Shown piece by piece: positions 20,216 through 30,884 of a stretch of DNA of 58,921 nucleotides. The notes under the pieces were generated by a model. The model worked only from the letters and a program-made list of their open reading frames with translations, made no database searches and was not told where the DNA came from. Location of the stretch: positions 1 to 58,921 of IMG/VR virus record IMGVR_UViG_3300025030_000118, one strand, 5' to 3'. The stretch is from a virus (Duplodnaviria > Caudoviricetes). How positions within the stretch are numbered: position 1 is the stretch's first letter; each line of letters opens with the position of its first letter. The translations under genes were made by a program, and so were the position numbers.

Positions 20216-21660
20216 TGAAAAATTTTTCAGATATTGTAACATCTTTAATTGGTAAAATAAGAGATATATCTCCTAATGTAGATACTAAAATAGGTACAGT
20301 AATTAGAGATATATTTATAGATCCTCAATCTTATGAACTAGAAGGTCTTTGGGACGAGGCAAAAATAGCAAGCGATGCTCAAAGTATTAATACAGCTACA
20401 GGTAAATATTTGGACGCTTTAGTATCTAATTGGGGAACTAGGAGAAAATCAGCAACACATGCAGTAGGTACTGCAAGATTTTTTGTTTATGAAGAAACTA
20501 ATGCAGATATATCTATTCCTGCTGGTACATATTTATCCACAAGAATAGACTCTAGTGGTAGAAATATTGAATTTACTACATCAGAAGAAGGAATAATCCT
20601 TACTGGAGAAACAGAAGTAGAAGTACCTATAGTATGTACTATGTCTGGTTCCATTGGAAACATAGCTTCTAACTCAATAATTAACACAGATACATCTTTT
20701 GTAAATGGAGTTATTAATGATCTTTTGACTACTGGTGGATCAGATGTTGAAACAGATGCAAGTTTAGCATCTAGGGCTCCATTTTCTTTATCAGGATCTT
20801 CTAATGGTACTTCTAATGGATATATCGAGGAAGTACTTAAAGTAGATTATATAAAGGGAGCAAAGGTTATAGAACCAGATAGTACAATGAGTAGAGGTCC
20901 TGGAAAAGTAGATATATATATTCAACATACAACTAATTATACTGGCACTACAACTACTCAAAACATAGAAGCTGGATCGGAAGTTGTATATTTGGGAAGA
21001 CCAGCAATTGTTTTAAATAATCAACCAGTTTCTGCTGTATTAAACATAACTTCAACCTATACAGATGATCAAGGAGAGCATACAATCACTTATCCTTCTT
21101 CTGCTTATAGATTAGAAAAAGATAAAACTTATAATTTTCAAAGTTCACAAGCTCAAGATAGAGTAGTATGGATATCATCAGCTCCTATTAGAGATTATGT
21201 TATTAGTTATGCTTATAATAAAACTATAAAAGATGGACAAGATTCTATAGAAAATAAAAGAGATATTACATCTGATGTTTTATGTAAAGCAGCTTCAGGA
21301 GTACCTATATATATTAAAGCAACTGTTTCTCTATATGAGATGTATACTGAGTCTTATGTGTTATCTAATATTATTACCAAGATAAGTGATTATTTTTCAA
21401 CTAGACAAATAAACCAATCAGTAAACCAATCTGATATAGATCATATAATTAGAATGATTAAAGGTGTTGCAAGAGTTGATTTACCGTTTACTATATTTAA
21501 TAGAGATACAAATTTAGGAGAACAAAGTAATATAGATATAAGAGAACTAGAATATGCTTATCTTGCTCCCTTACAACCAGATATAATAGTATCTGATACA
21601 AGAATAGAATACAAAGGGCCTATTTTACCTGTAGGATCTGATACAGGATTAATAGATTAA
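20215..21660 (+). CDS. Baseplate J / gp47-like protein
   Basis: ATGKYLD, IPAGT, GSIGNI, GGSDVETDASL, GPGKVDIYI. Confidence 0.9.
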   Translation: MKNFSDIVTSLIGKIRDISPNVDTKIGTVIRDIFIDPQSYELEGLWDEAKIASDAQSINTATGKYLDALVSNWGTRRKSATHAVGTARFFVYEETNADISIPAGTYLSTRIDSSGRNIEFTTSEEGIILTGETEVEVPIVCTMSGSIGNIASNSIINTDTSFVNGVINDLLTTGGSDVETDASLASRAPFSLSGSSNGTSNGYIEEVLKVDYIKGAKVIEPDSTMSRGPGKVDIYIQHTTNYTGTTTTQNIEAGSEVVYLGRPAIVLNNQPVSAVLNITSTYTDDQGEHTITYPSSAYRLEKDKTYNFQSSQAQDRVVWISSAPIRDYVISYAYNKTIKDGQDSIENKRDITSDVLCKAASGVPIYIKATVSLYEMYTESYVLSNIITKISDYFSTRQINQSVNQSDIDHIIRMIKGVARVDLPFTIFNRDTNLGEQSNIDIRELEYAYLAPLQPDIIVSDTRIEYKGPILPVGSDTGLID

Positions 21661-21669
21661 GGTATTAAT

Positions 21670-24348
21670 ATGGATGGATCTAAAAATCTTAATACTGATT
21701 TAACAATTTTTAAACCTAGCACAAGAGCTGAAGTTTTATTATCATTATTACCAGATATATATAAAACTTCTAAAAGTTCTAATATATATAAACTATTATG
21801 GACAATATGTGAGGAATATAAAGAATTTAGGGAAAACCTGGGAATAATATCTGCTAATAATTTTCTAAAATATAATGAATCACAAATAGGTTTTTTCGTT
21901 GTTAATAAAGCTAAAAGATATTATATCACTTTTGATATTCCTTTTTGTATTCCTCCAAAGGACATAACAATAGTTACGGTAAAAGGGTATACAGATTATA
22001 TAGTTGAAGATATTAATGAATTTGGATTTACCTTAAACGTATTATCAGATGGTATAGATCAAATAACATGGCACGCAGAAGGAACCATAGGTGCAAGAAA
22101 TAGTCAATATGCAAAAGATGCTTTATATAATAATTTTGGAATTCCTTTAAATATTCCAAGATTTTCAATATATGATTATGATTCTTCTAGTTATAAAAAT
22201 TTAGTTTATGAAACTCTTTTTCCATATCTTTATGTAAAATCTATAAGAGAATTAGAAGATGATGAAATATTTATTCAGCAATCTCCTAAATATAGAGGAA
22301 TAATTAAAGCTAATTTACTATCTGGAGTTCCTGGATCTCATGTATTGAAAGATGAAGATGGTAATTATATATGTATTTTAGAGAGTAGATCTAGATCAAT
22401 AAACTTAAATGATTATTTAGATAATCGAGTTGAGGTTGATGGATCTGAAAGCCAAGCAAATATAAATTTATGGAATCAAAAAAGTTTTTTAAGAAAAGTA
22501 TTATCTTCTGATTTTAAGTATCGAACACTATTGAAATCATTATATAATGCTATATATTCAGGACCTACATTGCAAGGTATGTATCTTGGAACTGAAGCAT
22601 TATTTGCTCAGCCTTATATAAGTTATGATATATGGAGATTAGGAGAATATTATTCTAATTCAACTAATGTGGATATAGTTGATATATATGAAGTATTAAA
22701 TAGTTGGGATCATAGAGGAATAACTTGGAATAATCAACCATCTTTTCCAGGAACTGCTATTGATTATGGAACTATAAGTTCTTTAAACCAAAATTATTTT
22801 TTTGATTTAAAAAATTTAGTTACTAAATGGAATAAATTATCATTTCCGATAGCTTGGGGTGGATATTTAGAAGGAATACAAGATGCAAGTAATAAAGATT
22901 TTACTATTGATAATCCTGTAAAACAAGGTATTATAATTTTTATAAATGGACACATAAAAAAAGAAGATGTTGATTATATAAGAATAGATCAAAATATATC
23001 TTTTATAGATTACAGTCCAGATATAAATGATAAATTAACATATGCATATAGCTATATAAATATAGATAGATCATATTTTACTGGATCTGTAGTTGAAATA
23101 ATGGATTCAACTACTACAACTACAGGTTATATAATTATAGAGATATCTACAGGATATAAAATATTATTACCATTGATAAATGGATTAGTTATATCTTATA
23201 ACAGTACTGGTTATACAATGCCAAATTTAGCAACTGTTTTAAGTAGTATAATTCCAATAAGTGGAAATGTATTAATAAGTTCACCAGCTTTAGTGGGATA
23301 TATGGTAAATATTGATACTGTTAATCCTGATTATTCTTTAATGACTATAAATACAGATAATAATGGAACTGTTTTATTATCTATATTTCCTAATATTGTT
23401 ATTAAAAATGAATTAGGTAAAACATATAATAAAATTTATCCAAATAATAATGGTATTATGTTGAAGCTTAGAGATGAAAATACAAGTAATTCTAAAATAC
23501 TTTATTCCACTAATTCAGAAAAAGAAGTTAATAAGTTACCAAAACTATTATTAAAATATAAGACATCTTCTAGTGTTTTAAGTCAATATAAAATAATTCA
23601 TCTTATAAGAAATATATCAAGTGCCTGGATAGATCAATTATATCCAACAAATGTTCAAAATTCTGATAATTATATAATTATCGGAGGAAAATATGTTAAG
23701 GATAGTAGGTTAAGAACTGATAGTAATAACACAACAAAAAGATCTTATTTAAAATTTGATATGTCGGTTATTCCTACGGATGCAGTTATTGAAGAAGCTA
23801 AAATGATTCTTTATTTTTGCTCAGGATTAACGATAGAAGAAGGAAATAAAGAATGTTTAAGGTTAGGAAGAAGTCTATTAGGAATTAATTCGAGATTATC
23901 TGGATATAATTTTAATAGATTTACTTTTAAAATAAATCTTCCGTGTTATGATAAAACAGAATTTGTTGGAGTATGCAACTTGTATACAAGTTTGGGTATA
24001 TTAAGCATACCACTTACTCAGGATACTATTTTTTATAATGATCAGAGTATAATTGTAGATCAAAACGATGTTGAAATAGATCAACTAGTTACTATACAAC
24101 CGTATAATATTAGTGGGACAATAAAATCAATTATTGAATCTAGTTTAGTAGATTTTACTAATTATGCATCAACTATATATAGTAGAATATTAGGAATGGT
24201 AAAACCATCTCATACAAACTTTGTTTTAGAAGGAAGAAGAGAATCTGATAATTTAATAGAAAAGGTTATAGATAAAAGCTTATCTTCTGGTTTTGTTTCT
24301 AATTATGATATTTCTAGTTTAGTATATTCTAATGGCAGGTTTATATAA
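21670..24348 (+). CDS. Large baseplate wedge protein with inserted DNRLRE-like and other modules
   Basis: Follows baseplate J; VKPSHT C-terminal wedge motif; ITWNNQP and RSYLKFDMS. Confidence 0.6.
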   Translation: MDGSKNLNTDLTIFKPSTRAEVLLSLLPDIYKTSKSSNIYKLLWTICEEYKEFRENLGIISANNFLKYNESQIGFFVVNKAKRYYITFDIPFCIPPKDITIVTVKGYTDYIVEDINEFGFTLNVLSDGIDQITWHAEGTIGARNSQYAKDALYNNFGIPLNIPRFSIYDYDSSSYKNLVYETLFPYLYVKSIRELEDDEIFIQQSPKYRGIIKANLLSGVPGSHVLKDEDGNYICILESRSRSINLNDYLDNRVEVDGSESQANINLWNQKSFLRKVLSSDFKYRTLLKSLYNAIYSGPTLQGMYLGTEALFAQPYISYDIWRLGEYYSNSTNVDIVDIYEVLNSWDHRGITWNNQPSFPGTAIDYGTISSLNQNYFFDLKNLVTKWNKLSFPIAWGGYLEGIQDASNKDFTIDNPVKQGIIIFINGHIKKEDVDYIRIDQNISFIDYSPDINDKLTYAYSYINIDRSYFTGSVVEIMDSTTTTTGYIIIEISTGYKILLPLINGLVISYNSTGYTMPNLATVLSSIIPISGNVLISSPALVGYMVNIDTVNPDYSLMTINTDNNGTVLLSIFPNIVIKNELGKTYNKIYPNNNGIMLKLRDENTSNSKILYSTNSEKEVNKLPKLLLKYKTSSSVLSQYKIIHLIRNISSAWIDQLYPTNVQNSDNYIIIGGKYVKDSRLRTDSNNTTKRSYLKFDMSVIPTDAVIEEAKMILYFCSGLTIEEGNKECLRLGRSLLGINSRLSGYNFNRFTFKINLPCYDKTEFVGVCNLYTSLGILSIPLTQDTIFYNDQSIIVDQNDVEIDQLVTIQPYNISGTIKSIIESSLVDFTNYASTIYSRILGMVKPSHTNFVLEGRRESDNLIEKVIDKSLSSGFVSNYDISSLVYSNGRFI

Positions 24349-24350
24349 AA

Positions 24351-25175
24351 ATGCAAAGTTATGAAACTTATACTTTTAGTGAAACAATAAGTGGATCAAT
24401 AATAAAAACTTATCATAATCCAGGAGATCATTTAAGAATTGATTTAACTCCTATTGGAGATGGATCGATTACTGAATTTATTCTTCCATCTTACTATTTA
24501 AATTATATATTATATGCTAATTATTTAATACCTGGAGGATTTATAGAATCAGGTATGGGTAATTATCTTTTATTATTTAGAGATATATATCCTTTAATTC
24601 ATAATGTAGATTACATAATAGATACATCAAATGGAGTTAAGTTTATTTTAGCTGATCCTCCAAATGAGGGAGAAATTGTAAGAATTATAAAAAGAAGTAT
24701 AATGAGAAATTGGTATGAACCAATTCCTGAATCTTTTTATACTTTAATAAATAATACATCTTTTAGAATAGATTTATCTCATGCTAATTTAGAAAGAGGT
24801 CAGCATAAATTAGCTGTTGAGTATTATAATACTTTAGGAAATATAATTACTGATTATTTTGATGTTCCTTTTTATGATGATTATGATGTTAGAGCTGATG
24901 ATCTTAATGAAATGTTTTTAAGTTTTATTTCTAGTTTTAATTATAATATTATGGGGAATGGAGAATACACATTTAATAGAAATTCATCAAAAAGTATAAT
25001 ACAAATAAATAGATCATATAATGGAGTTCCAATTATTAATAATTTAGATATATCTTATTTTTCAAGGGATACATCTGAAAGAATAATTTCTGGATATAAA
25101 GAAATTAATAGTTATCTTGACAAAAGTTTAAATATAGATTATAATTTAAACGGAGAATCAATTTTGATAGTATGA
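24351..25175 (+). CDS. Tail appendage paralog 1 (N-terminal modules only)
   Basis: KLAVEYY...VPFYDDYDVRADDLN shared with next two genes. Confidence 0.5.
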   Translation: MQSYETYTFSETISGSIIKTYHNPGDHLRIDLTPIGDGSITEFILPSYYLNYILYANYLIPGGFIESGMGNYLLLFRDIYPLIHNVDYIIDTSNGVKFILADPPNEGEIVRIIKRSIMRNWYEPIPESFYTLINNTSFRIDLSHANLERGQHKLAVEYYNTLGNIITDYFDVPFYDDYDVRADDLNEMFLSFISSFNYNIMGNGEYTFNRNSSKSIIQINRSYNGVPIINNLDISYFSRDTSERIISGYKEINSYLDKSLNIDYNLNGESILIV

Positions 25176-26938
25176 GTATATTTATAGATTTTTATAACAA
25201 TAGAATAAACAAGGCTACTTCTATATCTAAAGTTTATTCTATTCCAGGATCCAACGATATTTATTCTGGTATATATTTATCTGGTGTTCAAGATGGGTTT
25301 AATAAAAATTTTACAATAAATGGATTATCTGGAATTGGATATGTTTCAATTCTAACATTAGATGGTTTTCTTCAGATAATTAATCAAGATTATACATGGA
25401 ATATTAATCAAATAGTATTTAATATTGCTCCACAACCTCAAAATGTTTTATCTATACAAATTACTAATAGATATTCTTATGATGATATATTATCCTGGGG
25501 ATCTCCTATAAGTAATAGTTATTATAGTTTAGAAGAATATGGAATGAGGTTAAATGTATCTTTTACAAAGATAGAACCAGGAGAAAATAAGCTGTCTGTA
25601 GAGTTTTATATTGGAAATGATTTATTTAAAGAAATATTAACTGTTCCTTTTTATGATGGATATAATATTCAGCCTAATGATCTTAATTATTTCAATACTA
25701 TATTTACAAATAAAATAAATAGTGAAAATGATGATAGTGGAAGATATGTTATTAGTTATTCAAGAGATAGATATCCTGATTGTATTCAACAAATTACTAA
25801 ATATAAAAGTGATAATATAAGTGAAGTATTAGATATAAACCATGATTATGATGGATATATTTCAAATATACATGAAGTTGTATATAATGAATCTCTTCCA
25901 CTTAAAAAAGAAGATTTATTCATACAGAGAGATAAAAATGATAATGAATTAATATCTAAAATAGTTATTACTAATGAAAACTCTAATTTTAATTTATCTT
26001 TATTATGGGAATCGACTGATATAGTTAGTTTTGATTATGATAGTCATTTTTATCCTATATATAATGATGATAACTATATATATGGTATATATAGTGTAGA
26101 TAATAATAACTGGAAAATATGGAGAAACGGATATAATGATAACGTAGAAACAATATATGATTTAAATGCCAGTATATTATCTAACTGGGTTATTGATGAT
26201 AATTATATTTATTTATTAATATCCAATATAGGAGATTCTAATAGTAGATATATTAAGAGAATTAATAAAGATGGAAGTGGATTAATTACATTAGGATCAA
26301 TACCTGATAATAGACATGCTAGTTGTATGAAAGTTATTGATAATTATATATATATGATTAATACTATAGATGTTGGTCTTCCATTTACTGTAAATTTGGA
26401 ATATGTTAGCCGATTTATTAAGACTGATTGTTCAGGATTTGAAGATATTAAGGTCTTTAATAGTATATCAAGAAAATATGGTACTATTCCATTCTATCAT
26501 ATTATAAGTGATATTAATTATATTTACTTCTTGAGAATAAATAGTAATAATAGTGAGTTATATAAAATAGATAAAACAGATATGTCTACTGAATTAATGG
26601 TTTCTGGTTTATATAATCCTGTTAATTTACTTTTAGATGGTGATTATATATATATTACTGAATATAACTCTTTTAATCTAATAAAAATAAATAAGAATAA
26701 TAATGAAATAACTAATGTTTTAGAGACATATTTACCTAAAATAATATTAAAAAATAATAATGATATATTTTTATTATCTGATGGAGAATATAGTTTAAGA
26801 CAATATAGTAATAATATTTTTTATAATATAAATACAGATATTAATGGAGTTAATTTTTTCATAAAAGAAATTAATGGAGAATTAAAAATATTTAATATTG
26901 GATCATTAGCTATACAGATATTGAGGTATGTAGGATAA
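25172..26938 (+). CDS. Tail appendage paralog 2 with beta-propeller
   Basis: Repeated DDNYIY...RINKDGS blades. Confidence 0.6.
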   Translation: MSIFIDFYNNRINKATSISKVYSIPGSNDIYSGIYLSGVQDGFNKNFTINGLSGIGYVSILTLDGFLQIINQDYTWNINQIVFNIAPQPQNVLSIQITNRYSYDDILSWGSPISNSYYSLEEYGMRLNVSFTKIEPGENKLSVEFYIGNDLFKEILTVPFYDGYNIQPNDLNYFNTIFTNKINSENDDSGRYVISYSRDRYPDCIQQITKYKSDNISEVLDINHDYDGYISNIHEVVYNESLPLKKEDLFIQRDKNDNELISKIVITNENSNFNLSLLWESTDIVSFDYDSHFYPIYNDDNYIYGIYSVDNNNWKIWRNGYNDNVETIYDLNASILSNWVIDDNYIYLLISNIGDSNSRYIKRINKDGSGLITLGSIPDNRHASCMKVIDNYIYMINTIDVGLPFTVNLEYVSRFIKTDCSGFEDIKVFNSISRKYGTIPFYHIISDINYIYFLRINSNNSELYKIDKTDMSTELMVSGLYNPVNLLLDGDYIYITEYNSFNLIKINKNNNEITNVLETYLPKIILKNNNDIFLLSDGEYSLRQYSNNIFYNINTDINGVNFFIKEINGELKIFNIGSLAIQILRYVG

Positions 26939-28741
26939 ATGGCTGTAAATTTAGATTTTATTTTAAACCAAGAATGTAATGGTGAAATTTCAAGAGTTTA
27001 TTCAGCTCCTGGGTTTTATGATTCTCATCTAAATATATCCTTATCGGGTATTCAGGATGGATTAAATAAAAATTTTACAATAAACGGATTATCTGGAATT
27101 GGATATGATCCGGTTTTAATCAAAAATAACTCATTACAAGTAATCAATGAAGATTATATATGGGATGGACAATCCTTAATAACCTTTAATAGTGCTCTTT
27201 TTTCACATGATACATTAAGTATACAAATTGGAAAAGTTTTATCTAATGGTTCAGTTTGGGGGATTCCTATTAGTTCTTCATGTTATTCTTTAACATCATC
27301 CATAATAGTTACAATAGATATGAATTTGGCTGTTTTAGAACCAGGATATCAAAAATTAGTTATTGAATATAATAATAATGATGGTTTATTAGTAAGAGAA
27401 ATTTTTAATGTTCCTTTTTACTATAAGTATTTAATCCAAAAAGATGATATGAATGAATTAGTGGATGATATTAATAACAATATAAGATTAATAACCGATA
27501 TAGATGGTAACTGGGAAATAAATAGGAACACATCTACAGATTCAATCAATTATATTATAAGAGACTATTATGAGTATGATAATACTTATTTAAGAGATTA
27601 TATTAAAATTAATAGAGATTACCAGGGATTAATTACAGAAATAGAAGAAAGTACCCATACAGGAGGATCTGGAGGAGAATATCTTAATCCTCAAGATGAT
27701 AGTGATAAAAAAACAATAATTAAAAGAAACTCTGATGGAATAGTACAAGAAATAAGAAAATATAATAGTTCTAGTATAATAGGAAACTTAAATACTATTT
27801 CAAACTTTTTTAATTTAGAAACTGGTTCTTTGTTCATTATGAACTTTTTAAATGATAATGATTATTTATATTTTGTTATAAGATATAGAGATAGTTATAA
27901 CTTTAAAATAAAAAGATTGAACTTAACAACTGATGTGATAGAAGATGTAACATATATAACTGGCTATATTCCTTTAGTATGGGATAAGGATAATGATTAT
28001 TTTTATATATTTTGTAACAAAGATGGAGAAAATAGTCAAGTATTACTAAGAGTTAAAATTGATGCATCTGAAACATTAGAAATAGGAAATATAGATTCTT
28101 CTTATAGTTTATATAATGGATGTTTAAAAAGTATAGATAATTATTTATATATTATTTATTATAAAGAAATAGATAATATTTTAGTTCAATTTTTAGGAAG
28201 AATGTTAAAAACTGATACATCTTCTTTATATGATATTATTAGATTTAGATATATGGATATACCAGATTATAGAAATTTTAATAATCATATATCCTATGAT
28301 AATAATTATATCTATATATTAGAAATATATAAAGATAATAGTAAAATATGGAAAATAGATAAATCAGATCTTACCTTTTCTTCTATAGTAAGGGATATTT
28401 ATAATCCTTATTTCATATTAATTAATGACAATAATATATATTTATCTGAGTATAATACATGTAGAATATTAAAGTGTGATAAAGATGGATCTAATTTATC
28501 TTATATAGTTGGATCAGGAGAATATCCTAATGATTTAGAATATCCATCTAATATTTATATATATAATAATAAAATATTCTGGACGGGAAAGGGAATAAAG
28601 TCCATAGAGAATAGTAATTTAGATGGATCAAATAGATCTATATTATATTCTACAAATAATCCATTAGATCAGTTGTTTGTATATAACAATAAAATGTATA
28701 TAGTTGAAAGGAATCAGTATATTATTAGAATAGTATACTAA
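26939..28741 (+). CDS. Tail appendage paralog 3 with beta-propeller
   Basis: DNDYLY/DNNYIY blades, SNLDGSNR; colinear with 25172-26938. Confidence 0.6.
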   Translation: MAVNLDFILNQECNGEISRVYSAPGFYDSHLNISLSGIQDGLNKNFTINGLSGIGYDPVLIKNNSLQVINEDYIWDGQSLITFNSALFSHDTLSIQIGKVLSNGSVWGIPISSSCYSLTSSIIVTIDMNLAVLEPGYQKLVIEYNNNDGLLVREIFNVPFYYKYLIQKDDMNELVDDINNNIRLITDIDGNWEINRNTSTDSINYIIRDYYEYDNTYLRDYIKINRDYQGLITEIEESTHTGGSGGEYLNPQDDSDKKTIIKRNSDGIVQEIRKYNSSSIIGNLNTISNFFNLETGSLFIMNFLNDNDYLYFVIRYRDSYNFKIKRLNLTTDVIEDVTYITGYIPLVWDKDNDYFYIFCNKDGENSQVLLRVKIDASETLEIGNIDSSYSLYNGCLKSIDNYLYIIYYKEIDNILVQFLGRMLKTDTSSLYDIIRFRYMDIPDYRNFNNHISYDNNYIYILEIYKDNSKIWKIDKSDLTFSSIVRDIYNPYFILINDNNIYLSEYNTCRILKCDKDGSNLSYIVGSGEYPNDLEYPSNIYIYNNKIFWTGKGIKSIENSNLDGSNRSILYSTNNPLDQLFVYNNKMYIVERNQYIIRIVY

Positions 28742-28747
28742 TAAACT

Positions 28748-29065
28748 ATGATAAATTTATCAATTAATGATTCAATTACTGATTTTGCAAATAAAGCTGG
28801 AAGTTTAATTGAAGAAGTAATATATAGTCGAGATAATGGAGTAATTAATATAGATAACTTAGCTGGAATATCTGTAACATTTAATGAGAGTTTTTCAGAT
28901 GTTAATAGTATATCTATTACTTTAACCAACAGGGATGGTAATCCTCTTATTGGTAGTGTATCTAATGTAACAACTACTAATTTTTTAGCAAGATGTTATG
29001 ATAATACAGGAGCTGCATCTACTGGAAATTTTAGCTGGTTTGCATATGGTAGGAAGGGAGCCTAA
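28748..29065 (+). CDS. Small fibre-tip-like beta-sandwich protein
   Basis: VTFNESF...VTTTNF...FSWFAYG pattern. Confidence 0.5.
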   Translation: MINLSINDSITDFANKAGSLIEEVIYSRDNGVINIDNLAGISVTFNESFSDVNSISITLTNRDGNPLIGSVSNVTTTNFLARCYDNTGAASTGNFSWFAYGRKGA

Positions 29066-29517
29066 TGTCAATATCTTTAAATATTTCAGATAGATCTGGA
29101 CAAATAGCTAGTTTATTAAATTCTTTAAATAGAAAAATAAATAAAGGTATGATAGTTACTGGTCAATTTTATGCCAGTGCTGGAAAACTATATTATCTTA
29201 ATAATTTATATATATTATGGGGAGATCAAAGATATTCATATGTAAGTTCGGCTAATTCGGGAACTATTACTTTATCTGCATGGGAATATGCTTATGTAGT
29301 TGATCCTGGAGGAACTGGCGGAGAAGTTACTATACAAAAAGTTAATAAAGATTCTGCAACATTTCATACAACTACAGATAATTTATGTGTATTAGGAATA
29401 ATGGGTAGTGATAATATTTTTTATTCTATATGGCAAACTTATCCAAAAGATATTCATGAGATTTTGGAGGATCTACAATCACAAATTGATGATATTGATA
29501 TAGTATATCAGGAGTAA
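29065..29517 (+). CDS. Hypothetical virion protein
   Basis: Coupled to upstream gene. Confidence 0.45.
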   Translation: MSISLNISDRSGQIASLLNSLNRKINKGMIVTGQFYASAGKLYYLNNLYILWGDQRYSYVSSANSGTITLSAWEYAYVVDPGGTGGEVTIQKVNKDSATFHTTTDNLCVLGIMGSDNIFYSIWQTYPKDIHEILEDLQSQIDDIDIVYQE

Positions 29518-29568
29518 GGAGGCGAAACTGGTCCTTTAATTTGATATAAAAAGGAGAATAAATTATTA

Positions 29569-30717
29569 ATGCTTTTAATAAACTCTAGTTCTTTTATGGA
29601 AAGACCTTATCTGCTTGATGAAGTTCAAAAAGATAAGGTTATTGTTCTCTTTAAGGATATAGATGAGTTGGATGAAATTAGTAAGAAAGATAAGAGTGCC
29701 GGAAGAAGATATGAAGCTAATATGGCAATGAAATCTATTGAAAAAAATTTTGATAGAATTAAGTTTGTAAAATATCTTAGAAACTATGAAGATATTACTG
29801 AAGTAATGACAGAAGATTTTAAACAGAGAATAGAAGCTAAATATAATAAAATTAAAATTTCTAGTGTATATGATGTAGTGAAAGAAGATAATCCCTTTTT
29901 TGAAGTATTTTTAGAAAATGATATGTTTGCTCAGCTTATAAATGATGGCAAAATAGAATACAAAGAATTACAAGAAAATCAATATGGAGTTGTTAAAAGT
30001 AAAGTAAATTCATCTATAGTATATTTAGCCAAATTTAAAAATCATAATTTAGAATTAGTTAAGGAAAGAAATATATGTACCTTAAAAGCTCAAAACCGAG
30101 AGCAAATATATGCTATTGATGCTTTATATGATAAGAGAATAGAGTTAGTTATTTTAGAAGCTTTAGCTGGATCTGGAAAAACATTATTAAGCTTGGCTTC
30201 TGGTATAGATATGATAGAAAAGGGATATTATAATAAAATTATAGTATGTAAGCCTTTAGTAAAAATAGGCGAAGGAATTGGTTTTTTACCAGGAACTAAA
30301 GATGAAAAAATAAGTCCATGGTTGGGTAGTTTACAAGATAACTTAGAAGTGTTTATTAAATCTAAGAACGATAATGTAAAAATGTATTTAGATATGCTTA
30401 TGAGACCTGGAAAATTAGTATTAGAAGATATTAGTTTTCTAAGAGGAAGAAGTTTAAATAAATGTTTTGTTATAATTGAGGAAGCTCAAAATCTAGATAC
30501 ATATTATTTAAACTTGATTTTAAGTCGACTAGGAAAAGGATCCAAAATAGTTTTAAATGGAAACTTGGATCAAATAGATAATATAAATTTATCTAGATAT
30601 AAAACAGCTTTATATACATTAAAAAAGAAGTTTGTTGGAAAAGATCCTGTTGCATATATAAGACTTAATAAGTGTTTGAGATCTAAGATTGCTGAACTTG
30701 CTTGTGAACTTTTGTAA
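29569..30717 (+). CDS. phoH: PhoH-family ATPase with degenerate PIN-like N-terminus
   Basis: AGSGKT, IGFLPGTKDEK, FLRGRSL, EEAQN, GNLDQID. Confidence 0.9.
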   Translation: MLLINSSSFMERPYLLDEVQKDKVIVLFKDIDELDEISKKDKSAGRRYEANMAMKSIEKNFDRIKFVKYLRNYEDITEVMTEDFKQRIEAKYNKIKISSVYDVVKEDNPFFEVFLENDMFAQLINDGKIEYKELQENQYGVVKSKVNSSIVYLAKFKNHNLELVKERNICTLKAQNREQIYAIDALYDKRIELVILEALAGSGKTLLSLASGIDMIEKGYYNKIIVCKPLVKIGEGIGFLPGTKDEKISPWLGSLQDNLEVFIKSKNDNVKMYLDMLMRPGKLVLEDISFLRGRSLNKCFVIIEEAQNLDTYYLNLILSRLGKGSKIVLNGNLDQIDNINLSRYKTALYTLKKKFVGKDPVAYIRLNKCLRSKIAELACELL

Positions 30718-30739
30718 TTAATAGATAGAGATAATACAG

Positions 30740-30767
30740 AGAGGGTAAAAATATTTACCCTCTTTTT
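30740..30767 (+). terminator. Rho-independent terminator
   Basis: AGAGGGTAAA-AATA-TTTACCCTCT followed by TTTT. Confidence 0.85.
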
Positions 30768-30770
30768 CTA

Positions 30771-30799
30771 TTGACTTTCTAAGAGGAATAGATTATAAT
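30771..30799 (+). promoter_or_regulatory. Sigma70-type promoter
   Basis: TTGACT-17-TATAAT. Confidence 0.8.
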
Positions 30800-30884
30800 A
30801 AAAATATGAAAGATAGAAATTTTGATCGTGAGTATATGAACTATCCAATTATAAATTCATCTTCAAAAAAAAAAGGAGATATAA

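Noticed and set aside
6652-21660. Extracellular contractile injection system or T6SS rather than phage
   Set aside because: Neck genes and a contiguous phage replication/nucleotide module indicate a phage
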